From positions 2,240,001 through 2,304,000 of the forward strand of contig OZ245777.1 in NCBI GenBank assembly GCA_965227775.1: a stretch of DNA of 64,000 bases, in the 5' to 3' direction. The position numbers were made by a program, and so were the translations under genes. Shown here one piece after another: positions 55,811 through 64,000 of the stretch. The stretch is from Phycisphaerales bacterium. Its GTDB lineage: Bacteria; Planctomycetota; Phycisphaerae; Phycisphaerales; UBA1924. Each line of letters begins with the position of its first letter. Within the stretch, counting starts at the first letter, position 1. Below the pieces are notes generated by a model, which searched no databases, had not been told where the DNA came from, and saw nothing but the letters and a program-made list of their open reading frames with translations.

Positions 55811-58534
55811 CTAGCGGGTACGCATGTACTGGGCCTCAAGGGCGCGCTCGATGCGGTCGCTCGCGTCCACAAGGTGAGCCTTGGTGTAGGTGTCCATCCC
55901 GCCGGCCTTCACGGCCTTGTCAATGTCCTGCCGCAGCTCACGCAGCTGCAGGTTTGCGACGTTCGAGAGCGCTGCGCCCGACGCACCCGGGAAGCCCCGG
56001 TTCGACAGGCTGATCAGGCGATCGACGTGCTGGCTCTGCAGGCCTCGACGAAGCGAACTGATCATCGGCTTGCGCTCGCTGAAGTCGCCGCTTGGCTTGT
56101 CCTTCAACTCGCTCCACGCAGCGTCCTTGATGGTCTTCATCACCTCCGCGAGGGTGATGTAGTCCTCGTCGGCATCGACGTGGAACTCGTTGTTGTACAC
56201 GCGGTTCAGCGTGGTCGGGTTAAGGATCATGGTCATCGCCGAGGCCTGGATGCCCTGGATGCGGTCGTGCACCGGGAACGCGGGCTCCTCGAAGATCGAG
56301 CCCTGGCCGCCGCCGTCCCACCACTTGTCCGTGGTCATCTTGCGGAGCAGGTCGGGGCTCAGGCCGAACGCATCGTCGTAGAACGTGTTGTTAATCACGA
56401 AGTTCAGAGCGGCGCGCTGCTGCTCGGCCGGAACCGGCGTCAGCGGCTCGAGATCACCCGGATCGCCCTTCTTGGCACGGCTCTGGAATGTGCCGCCAAG
56501 CCAGTTGGACATCATGCTGACAGCGTTCACGTGCTGGCCGAGCGTGATGTTGTAGCCGCGGCGGGCACGGGCCCAGCTGTCGCCTTCCTCGACGTACTTG
56601 TCGAGGATCTGGCTGCGAAGCTCAGCGACCAGACGCATTTGGTTCTCGGCGTAGTGCAGCGGGTCGGCTGAAAGGTCGTAGCGACGCGCCAGCGGATCGG
56701 GGCCCCAGGTGTCTTCATCGGTCGCGTACGCGAGACGCGGGTTGTCGACCTTCTTGAGGACCTCGTCCAGGTCACCATCGGTGTAGCCGTACTCGATGGC
56801 CCAGACGTCGTAGTCACCGATGTCGATGACCTCGTAGTTGCCCTGGATCTCTCCGGACTCCATGTTGATGTTGATGGGGTTGTAGTCCATCACCGAAGCG
56901 GCGAAGGGCTCCTTGTCCTTTACAGCCTCCGAGTTGATCTCCTCCATCGTGAAGATGGCCGAGGCCTTGAAGTTGTGCCGCAGGCCGAGCGTGTGGCCGA
57001 TCTCGTGCGCCGTCAGGTGTGCCAGTGCCGGGCCGACGAACCACTCGGGCACGCCGTCGAGCATGTCAGCGCCTTCCTTGGCCTCGGCTTCCCACAAGCC
57101 CAAAATATCACCGCTCAGGCGGGCAACGTCCATGTTCATGGCCTTCAGGTGGCTCATGTTGCAGGTGCCGTTCACGCCATAGCTGGCAATCAGGCTCTCG
57201 CGGGAGCCGTCGACGAAGTCGGGGCCCGACATCGCCGGGTGACCGCCAAACGGAAGCGTACCGCGGGCCTCACGCTGCGCGATGATGAAGTCACGCTGCT
57301 CGGGCGCGGCAAGCTGCACTCGCGGATCCCACTGCGGGTTCTCGTCGAGCCAGGCCAACGTCTCGGGCGTGAAGCCCTCCATGGCCACCTCGGGCAGCAG
57401 GTCGTTGTACTGGAACCAGTAGGCACGGATCCAGCCATCGGTCAGCACGACGTCGGCGTCGAGGATCTCGCCAGTCTCCGGATTCACGCGGCTTGGGCCG
57501 ATGGCGGTGCCGATGCCGTTGGTCAGCCAGCGGACGAAGTTGTAGCGAACGTCCTCTGGATCCTTGTCCATGTTGGCGCCAGTGTTCGCATCCTGGTAGA
57601 CGACTTCGATGGCACCGACGATGCCGACGTCCTCGAAGGCCTTGTTCCAGTACTCGATGCCCTCACGGACCCAGCGGCGGTACTTCACCGGCACCTGGTG
57701 GTCGACGTAGTACACGATCGCCTGCTTGGGTGGGCTCTTGCTCAGGCTCGGGTCGGCCTTCTCAAGGTTCCAGCGGTTGATGTACCGCGTCCACATCTGC
57801 GAACCATCCATCTCGGAGAAGTCACGGTAGCTGGTGGTGAAGTAGCCAACGCGTGCATCAGCCTTGCGCGGCTTGTACCCCGGCGTGCCTTGGATCTTGC
57901 TGATCGAATAGTGGTAGATCGCCATCTGCCCGGCGGCGTCAGGCGCCTCGATCGCGATCTCGATGTTCTCGGGGAACGTCTTGGCAGTCTTGATCGTGGT
58001 GAGTCGCGAGTTCAGGCGACCCGCACGAGGGCCAAAGAACGTGCCCGCGTTGTTCACGAGGAGCTTGTCGAGGTCGATGACCGGCTGGCCATTGGGACCC
58101 TTCGCAACGATTGGAACCTCCAAGAGCACGCGATCAGTAAAGATCCGATCGATGCCCTTCTCGACGCTCTTGTCGCCGCCGGCCCGAACACCAGTCTCGG
58201 GCAGCATGATCGCCAGACGATCGTTGAACTTCTTCCAGTACACGTACAGGTCGCCCGACTGCAGACCGGCGAAGATGTCTCCCGAGCCCATGGTCATGGC
58301 AAAGAAGTGCTTCTGACGCTCGAAGCCACGCGGGAGCTCGGCCAGCAATTGGCCGTCCTTCTCGCGCTTCCAGACGTTGAAGAAGCTCTTGCCGTCAGCC
58401 GTGGAGACGACCTGCTCGTAGCCCTCGCTGACCTTGTCGAATGGCGGGAAGTCGTCGCCGTATGCCTGGCCTGCCAAAGCGAGCAGGCTCGCCGCGACGC
58501 CAACGATGCCAATCTTGCGTGCCGATTTGCTCAT
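55811..58534 (-). CDS. Secreted zinc metalloprotease (DUF5117/DUF4953 EcxA-like metzincin)
   Basis: Signal peptide; DARVGYF, NPETGEILDAD, HEIGHTLGLRHNF, Met-turn SVMDY. Confidence 0.92.
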   Translation of the reverse strand: MSKSARKIGIVGVAASLLALAGQAYGDDFPPFDKVSEGYEQVVSTADGKSFFNVWKREKDGQLLAELPRGFERQKHFFAMTMGSGDIFAGLQSGDLYVYWKKFNDRLAIMLPETGVRAGGDKSVEKGIDRIFTDRVLLEVPIVAKGPNGQPVIDLDKLLVNNAGTFFGPRAGRLNSRLTTIKTAKTFPENIEIAIEAPDAAGQMAIYHYSISKIQGTPGYKPRKADARVGYFTTSYRDFSEMDGSQMWTRYINRWNLEKADPSLSKSPPKQAIVYYVDHQVPVKYRRWVREGIEYWNKAFEDVGIVGAIEVVYQDANTGANMDKDPEDVRYNFVRWLTNGIGTAIGPSRVNPETGEILDADVVLTDGWIRAYWFQYNDLLPEVAMEGFTPETLAWLDENPQWDPRVQLAAPEQRDFIIAQREARGTLPFGGHPAMSGPDFVDGSRESLIASYGVNGTCNMSHLKAMNMDVARLSGDILGLWEAEAKEGADMLDGVPEWFVGPALAHLTAHEIGHTLGLRHNFKASAIFTMEEINSEAVKDKEPFAASVMDYNPININMESGEIQGNYEVIDIGDYDVWAIEYGYTDGDLDEVLKKVDNPRLAYATDEDTWGPDPLARRYDLSADPLHYAENQMRLVAELRSQILDKYVEEGDSWARARRGYNITLGQHVNAVSMMSNWLGGTFQSRAKKGDPGDLEPLTPVPAEQQRAALNFVINNTFYDDAFGLSPDLLRKMTTDKWWDGGGQGSIFEEPAFPVHDRIQGIQASAMTMILNPTTLNRVYNNEFHVDADEDYITLAEVMKTIKDAAWSELKDKPSGDFSERKPMISSLRRGLQSQHVDRLISLSNRGFPGASGAALSNVANLQLRELRQDIDKAVKAGGMDTYTKAHLVDASDRIERALEAQYMRTR

Positions 58535-58816
58535 GATCCCTGTACTCCGTGTGTGAAGGCTTCCGCAGCGGCCGGTGCCGGGGCAAGGCGCCCTCGGGCC
58601 ATTGGCCTTTCATCCATCTCCCGCCGGTTCGTTCGGTCGGGATACACCTTCCCTGGTGTTGGTCTTGATACCGTGAATCCTAAGTCGTGACGCGCCATCG
58701 CGTTCAGTCTTGCACTCGGTCGAAGCCCAATCGGGCGTCTGGTGGAAATCCCGGATTCGATCGTGGAAGTGATCACCCTGGTACGGAATCACAATCCCGA
58801 CGCCCGAGAACCCAAC

Positions 58817-59917
58817 TCAGTCCTCATCGACCATCACCGACTCGGACTGTTGACCATCCGGGCCGATTCCAGACTGATTCGCCGCCGTGGGACCGTGTGC
58901 GGGCCCGGCCCACAGCACCAGAGAAGCCGTGAGAGCCGCAAACACGAGCGCCGAGAGCTGGAACTGCCGGTCCCTGGTCGCAAGCTCGGTGGGGTCGTCG
59001 AATTCGCCACGCTCGAGCAGGATGATGCATCGCAGCACGGCAAACATCGCGGGCAGCATGGTCAGCCAGAGGAGATTCATGCCCAGTCGGGGTGCATCGC
59101 CAAGTCCGAGCGATCGGTCTCCAAATACCCAAACAAACCTCGACTCTTGATCCTGCACGTAGCCCGCGTAGGTCAGCAGCATGGCGACCGCGGTCACGAC
59201 CACCATCATGCGCAAGAGTTCGTCGGTATACACGCTCTGGACCGACCTGGCCGCCGTGGCGTCGATTCCCAGGGTTCTCCGCTCGCCAAGACGCTTGCCA
59301 AACGCCAGGAACATCGCAAGGAATAGCGTCACATTGAGCAGCCAAGTGCTCGGGGTAATGCCGACCGCCGCGCAGCCGCCCAGCACCCGCAGAACGAACC
59401 CCAGTGCCAGGCTGATGACGTCGAGCACCGGCACCCGCTTGAGGCGGAGGCTGTAGGACGTCACATTGAGCACGTAGAGGCCCAGAAGCCCGCCCAGCGC
59501 AAAGGCGTGGGTCGTGCCCAGCATTGGGACGATCGCCGCTACGCAGCACGCACCAAGGATCCACAGTGCCGCCGCAAAGGCACGTGCGGTGCTTGGCGTA
59601 ACCCGCCCAGACGCGATCGGCCGTCTGCGCTTGCGGGGGTGCAAGCGGTCGGCATCGGCGTCGCGGAGGTCGTTGATCACGTAGCAGCCACTGGAGGCGA
59701 GCGCGAAGGCGATCATCGCCATAAGCACAGCCCCGAGTTCGACGGTGGCCGTGGCCCCGCCGAAGAACGGCCCAACCGCGACAAACGCCGATTTGGACCA
59801 CTGCTTGGGTCTCGCCAGGCGGAGCAGGGCCCGCCATAGCGGCTCATGCCCCGCCCGGTCCGTGCCGATGGCATCGTGGGCGGGATTCGTGCCTGCGTTG
59901 TCGAGCGCTGTGGTCAT
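58817..59917 (-). CDS. UbiA family, decaprenyl-phosphate phosphoribosyltransferase-like
   Basis: RPKQWSK, YVINDLRD..DRLHPRKRRRPIASG, YS..LK..LDV, FGKRLGE, DDPT. Confidence 0.9.
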   Translation of the reverse strand: MTTALDNAGTNPAHDAIGTDRAGHEPLWRALLRLARPKQWSKSAFVAVGPFFGGATATVELGAVLMAMIAFALASSGCYVINDLRDADADRLHPRKRRRPIASGRVTPSTARAFAAALWILGACCVAAIVPMLGTTHAFALGGLLGLYVLNVTSYSLRLKRVPVLDVISLALGFVLRVLGGCAAVGITPSTWLLNVTLFLAMFLAFGKRLGERRTLGIDATAARSVQSVYTDELLRMMVVVTAVAMLLTYAGYVQDQESRFVWVFGDRSLGLGDAPRLGMNLLWLTMLPAMFAVLRCIILLERGEFDDPTELATRDRQFQLSALVFAALTASLVLWAGPAHGPTAANQSGIGPDGQQSESVMVDED

Positions 59918-60100
59918 GGAATCTCGCTGTCGCTTCGTCGACCCGCGGCGGCCCCCAAGCGTAACAATCGGGCTTTGGGGCCGGTAAGTCCAACCGCTCT
60001 GGGCGCTTCATAGGCGGCCCCGGCTCGGAGAGTTCGCATCGATCACGCCGAGCCCAAGGCCGAGCCCAAAGAGGTTGCCGCCTCACCAAACGCGAGCCAC

Positions 60101-61543
60101 GTGGGCCCGTGGTGGCTCGCGGCGGTCCTGCCCGTCCTCTACGCGGCGGCCCTGTCCCCGATCGCGATCTTCAATGTGCTCAACGCCAGCGGTCGCGCTT
60201 CGTTCGATCAGGTGCTGTTCCACGAGCACACAATCGACGCGATGGCCAGGACCTGGCCCATTGCGAACCTGACATATCCCGATCATTTCGTTGCGATGAC
60301 GCCGGGTTACCACTGGATACTCGGCGGCGTCGCCCGATTCACGGGAATGGGCGACGCGGGCTTGCGAGTCGTGGCCATCGCCATCAGCGCCGCGATGTTC
60401 GCGCTGTTCGGCTACCTGCTGGGCAGGCGCTGCGGGCGGGTGTTTGGCGCGCTGCTGGTGGCGCCGCTTATGGCATCGGTCTACGTCGTGGGTTCGAGCG
60501 CGTGGCTGCTGGCGGACAACGCCGGCTGGTTCTGGGCCTGTCTGCTCGGGTTCGCGGCGATGTTCGGGCGGCCATCTCTTCGCTGGTCGATCGTGGTGGG
60601 CATCGGTCTGCTGCTTGCTGTCTGGACGCGCCAGAACATGTTGTTCCTGGCCCTACCGCTGTGGGCAGCCGCGTGGTTGCGCGAGACGCCCGATGGCCCA
60701 GCAACTTCGCATCCCCTCGTCGGCATCCCGCGTCGAGCGCTCAACCTCGTGCCGTTGGCGCTGGCAACGCTCCCAGCGATCGCAACGCTGTTGTACCTGT
60801 ACTCGGTTTGGAACGGTCTTGTGCCGTACGAGTTCCAGGGCCAGTACGACGGCATCAACCCGTCGAATGTCCCGTTGCAGCTTGTGGTGCTTGCGGGTCT
60901 CGGCGTCTTCTTCCTTCCAGCCATGTATGGCGTTGGTGAACTGGGATGGCGTACCGAGACGCTGACTCGCGTGCGCCCCTGCGTGCCTTGGCTCGTCGTC
61001 GCGGCCGTGCTCGCCGGATTGGCATCTGCGCTGGTGCCAACGACCTACGACCCGAAGGAAGGAAGGGCGGGTCTCATCTGGTCCGCGGCGCAGAAGCTGA
61101 ATCCACTTGGAGTCATCGGCGATTGCAATCCCCTGGTCGTGCTTGTCGCGATGGCGGGCGGCGTCGTGCTGGTGCTCATCCTCGCGACACTTCCGGCCCG
61201 CCAACGCTGGATACTTGGTGCACTTTGCGCGGGCTTCGCGATCGCCCAGGTTGCCAGCAGCGAGGTCTGGCAGCGATACCACGAGCCCTTCGCCCTGCTG
61301 TTCCTGGCCATCGCGACCGCGGCCGCCGTCCACCACCGCGGCCCGGCTTGGCGGCGACCACCGCTCGCCCAGAGCGGCCCGATCGCGTTGCTGGCCGTTG
61401 CCCTCGCGCTGACATCGGCCGTCATCCTCTGGAAGCGGGAGATCAACCCCTGGAGGAACGGCGCGAGCCAGACGCCGGTCAGTTCGCTGCTGCCGGATCC
61501 GCCTGCTGCTGATCCCGCAGCGCAGCCCGACGAGACCGAGTGA
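60101..61543 (+). CDS. GT-C superfamily multi-TM glycosyltransferase-like protein
   Basis: About 12 TMs; first loop DQVLFH..MTPGYH; TRQ; QRY. Confidence 0.6.
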   Translation: MGPWWLAAVLPVLYAAALSPIAIFNVLNASGRASFDQVLFHEHTIDAMARTWPIANLTYPDHFVAMTPGYHWILGGVARFTGMGDAGLRVVAIAISAAMFALFGYLLGRRCGRVFGALLVAPLMASVYVVGSSAWLLADNAGWFWACLLGFAAMFGRPSLRWSIVVGIGLLLAVWTRQNMLFLALPLWAAAWLRETPDGPATSHPLVGIPRRALNLVPLALATLPAIATLLYLYSVWNGLVPYEFQGQYDGINPSNVPLQLVVLAGLGVFFLPAMYGVGELGWRTETLTRVRPCVPWLVVAAVLAGLASALVPTTYDPKEGRAGLIWSAAQKLNPLGVIGDCNPLVVLVAMAGGVVLVLILATLPARQRWILGALCAGFAIAQVASSEVWQRYHEPFALLFLAIATAAAVHHRGPAWRRPPLAQSGPIALLAVALALTSAVILWKREINPWRNGASQTPVSSLLPDPPAADPAAQPDETE

Positions 61544-62684
61544 TGTAGAGCTCCTGCGCCCGGTGCGTACCCACGCCCAGATCGAGCATGCGGTACGCCG
61601 TCGCGCGCCATTCGTTGGGATCAACGAACGCCTGATCGAGCCCAAGGAAAGGAATCGTTGCGCGATCCTCGCGACCATCGCGCACAAAGCGCGGCCAGCC
61701 GTAGTCCGGGCCGATACCGGCCTGCGCGTGGGCGCTTGCCATGTCTGGAAGCAACGCCTCGATGGCCGCCGAGCCGCGCGCCGTATTGAAATCGCCGACG
61801 ACAACGCCGGGCTGGGGGAAGCCCTGCTCCTCGCGCCGGCGCAGCGGGCCCGCGGCCGTGGGTTCGTGGATGAGGCGCTTCGATTCGTCGATGCGTTCGA
61901 GGGTCTTCGGCACAAAAGCCCGTCGGCTACGACTCGGCGCGCTGGGCCAGTCGATTGCCCAGAGTGTCAATTCCTCGCTGTCGATCTCGACCGTCGCAAA
62001 CATCGCAAACCCATTGTCGATCAGCGTGGGGTCAGGGGTCTTCGCATCTAAAGCGAGCGAGGTCCAACCCGCGGCGGACATCGGTCGGCCGCTGATGATG
62101 ACGAATCTGCCGCCTCGCCGGACGTGCGTGGTGATCGCGGCCGCGGAGATCTCGGCGTCTGCAAGCATCCGGACGATCTCGGGCCAGTCCAGCCTGAGCG
62201 GTGGGTTGGTCAGCACGATGATCGACTCACGATCGTGTTGGAGCGCGAAAGGGTCTGCGTCCCTCAGAAATTGCTGCAGCGCCTCATCGGTGGCTTCGGT
62301 TGCATTCCAGTGGTAGACGCGGATCGCTGTCTCCCCAGGGCGCACAAGCACGGCGTTGTGCAGTCGCCAATGGGCCAGCGCCACATAGGCTAATGCAAGG
62401 GCTGCCGCTGCGATCGGTCCGACTCGCGCCCAGCGTCGCCCCGCGCCTGGGGGCTCCAGCAGGGCCGTCGAAACTGCGAACAACCAGATGGCCAGCAGCC
62501 ACGCCTCGTGGGGCGTCCAGAAGAGCCATTGGCTCCACGAGTGGGCATCGCTGAATGCCCGGCCGAGCGCGAATCCCAGTATGACACCGCACAGACCCAG
62601 CCGGCAAACCCATGCCAGCACACGCCGAATCGTTCGGCGAAACGAACGGCGGATGGGCTCAGGCTGTGTATGAGAGTCGGTCAT
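61479..62684 (-). CDS. Membrane-anchored endonuclease/exonuclease/phosphatase family protein
   Basis: N-terminal TMs; RVYHWN, VVGDFN, LDQAF, THR; 65-bp convergent overlap. Confidence 0.8.
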   Translation of the reverse strand: MTDSHTQPEPIRRSFRRTIRRVLAWVCRLGLCGVILGFALGRAFSDAHSWSQWLFWTPHEAWLLAIWLFAVSTALLEPPGAGRRWARVGPIAAAALALAYVALAHWRLHNAVLVRPGETAIRVYHWNATEATDEALQQFLRDADPFALQHDRESIIVLTNPPLRLDWPEIVRMLADAEISAAAITTHVRRGGRFVIISGRPMSAAGWTSLALDAKTPDPTLIDNGFAMFATVEIDSEELTLWAIDWPSAPSRSRRAFVPKTLERIDESKRLIHEPTAAGPLRRREEQGFPQPGVVVGDFNTARGSAAIEALLPDMASAHAQAGIGPDYGWPRFVRDGREDRATIPFLGLDQAFVDPNEWRATAYRMLDLGVGTHRAQELYITRSRRAALRDQQQADPAAAN

Positions 62685-62755
62685 GTGGTAGGAATTCTGT
62701 GCACAGGCCATCGGCCGAGCGAGCGCCGGGGCTGCAGAGGCCGATAGGGTTTGTA

Positions 62756-63727
62756 ATGGTGCGACCTTTGGCCATGTTCGTGCTCTTGCCGGCAATCGCC
62801 CTCGTCTTGTCCGGTTGTGGCGAGGCGACGGCACCCGCATCCGCTGCTCAAGATTCTGTTCGTGCCGAGAGCATCGACGCCGCCCGCGCCGGGATCATCG
62901 CACGAGCATCCTTCGCGACAAGCCCGCCCGGCCATCCGGCTATCGCCTGGCCCCAGTTGGCCGTCGAGATCGAACAGGCGCATATCGAGCTCCAAGGCCT
63001 CCCTCCGCTGGAAGATCCCCTTGGGCCGCTCGACCCGCTGGCCGAACGCATCGGCAGCGATCGGGTGCGTGCCATCGCCCAAGCCCGTTCGCGAGCGCTG
63101 GTTCACCGGGCCGAGTCGGCACGGTTGCTAGCGCGCGGCCAGCCCGATGAGGCCGCCGCAGAGCTCGCCGCGATTCTCGAGATCGCTCGAGAAGTTTCCA
63201 CGTGGGGAGCGCCCGCAACCGCCGAGGCGTCGGCCGACCAGATCGAGTTCGTGCTCGACGCGCTGCAGCAGCCGGACGGTGCGCCACTCGCAAGGGCGCT
63301 GACCAGCTCCGGTGGGCGTGCGTTGCGAGATGCACTCGGTAGACTCGATGCCAACGACCCGGCTGGTCGCATGAGAGCGATCGTCGAGAGCATCGCCGTT
63401 CGCGAGAAGGCCCTCCGTTCGCTCATGGATGGTGACGACGGCCCCGCTTTGGTTCGGGCAGTCGCGACGCGGTATGCGCCCGATGCGGAGTTGGGTTCGA
63501 CTCAAGCAATCGATCGATCGGCACGCGAGGCCATCGCGTTCTCGCGAGCCCTTGCCGATGGCTGGGACAAGACGTCCCGCTCTGCCATCACCAACCGCTT
63601 GCGGGAGCGTCAGGACGAAGATCTAACGGGCGTGCTCGTGGTCTTGCTTGGCGAGGCGCCCGATGCGTGCGACGCGGACGCTGCGCTTCGGGAGCGAATC
63701 GCAGAGATGGTGGGGCGGCTTCCATGA
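62756..63727 (+). CDS. Hypothetical helical lipoprotein
   Basis: Lipobox VLSGC; TAGGGT 5 nt upstream of ATG. Confidence 0.75.
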   Translation: MVRPLAMFVLLPAIALVLSGCGEATAPASAAQDSVRAESIDAARAGIIARASFATSPPGHPAIAWPQLAVEIEQAHIELQGLPPLEDPLGPLDPLAERIGSDRVRAIAQARSRALVHRAESARLLARGQPDEAAAELAAILEIAREVSTWGAPATAEASADQIEFVLDALQQPDGAPLARALTSSGGRALRDALGRLDANDPAGRMRAIVESIAVREKALRSLMDGDDGPALVRAVATRYAPDAELGSTQAIDRSAREAIAFSRALADGWDKTSRSAITNRLRERQDEDLTGVLVVLLGEAPDACDADAALRERIAEMVGRLP

Positions 63728-64000
63728 GGCCGGTGGCTCGGATTCTGCTCTTGGTCCTCATGCCCGGGCTCGCGGCCGTGGCGCCGCTGCCGACATCGAG
63801 TTTCGAGCACGTGTTTTCGTATGTGCACGAGGCTGAGAGTGGGCTGAGGCATCGTGTATCCATGGAGCGCGAGTCAGCAACGCAAGCGGCCAACGCCGGC
63901 GAAGCAGAACGCTGGGCGGTTACGGTACTGCTGTTGATCGAGATGGCTCGCAGTGAGAGCGATCCGATCGAGCGCGGCTTGGTTCTGGATGCTGCACTTT
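63724..64000 (+). CDS. Hypothetical exported protein (partial, runs off right edge)
   Basis: ATGA overlap with upstream stop; MRPVARILLLVLMPGLAAVAP; open to window end. Confidence 0.6.
   Translation, partial: MRPVARILLLVLMPGLAAVAPLPTSSFEHVFSYVHEAESGLRHRVSMERESATQAANAGEAERWAVTVLLLIEMARSESDPIERGLVLDAAL

Noticed and set aside
56975..58690. 571-aa plus-strand ORF, and similar long ORFs at 3548-4942, 9569-11395, 19039-20481, 41255-42871
   Set aside because: All lie antisense to well-supported genes and lack recognisable motifs.
58817..59917. UbiA as a prenyltransferase for the terminal Cys of the dockerin-like tails
   Set aside because: Its motifs match the phosphoribosyltransferase subtype; protein Cys prenylation uses an unrelated enzyme fold.

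Overview
GC-rich bacterial chromosomal window, most likely Planctomycetota/Phycisphaerales (inferred from GC-type dockerin tails and gene content). It holds about 55 densely packed genes and one tRNA-Arg(CCG). I saw no mobile element, integrase or CRISPR array. Housekeeping genes include pdhA, ctpA-like S41 protease, nth, yicC, secG, ugd, NAD kinase, rpiB, gmk, gatC, lipA and murJ. The main accessory feature is a ~17 kb envelope cluster at 37.9-54.7 kb: wza-like export lipoprotein, exosortase, EpsI, a 1537-aa TPR protein, a Wzc with degenerate kinase motifs, an NDP-sugar epimerase and WecA, followed by ParA-VanZ-MurJ-SDR. No PEP-CTERM substrate is visible. Instead, three unrelated secreted proteins end in a near-identical 54-aa Cys-bracketed double-EF-hand (dockerin-like 'GC') module, and a TIGR03790-like exosortase-associated protein lies nearby. 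My best candidate for an undescribed system is a surface-protein display pathway linking these parts. A second window-wide signal is that at least 11 genes have a TAnnnT-type -10 box 5-6 nt before the start codon and no Shine-Dalgarno, pointing to pervasive leaderless transcription. All family assignments are from motif recognition by eye; no database searches were run.
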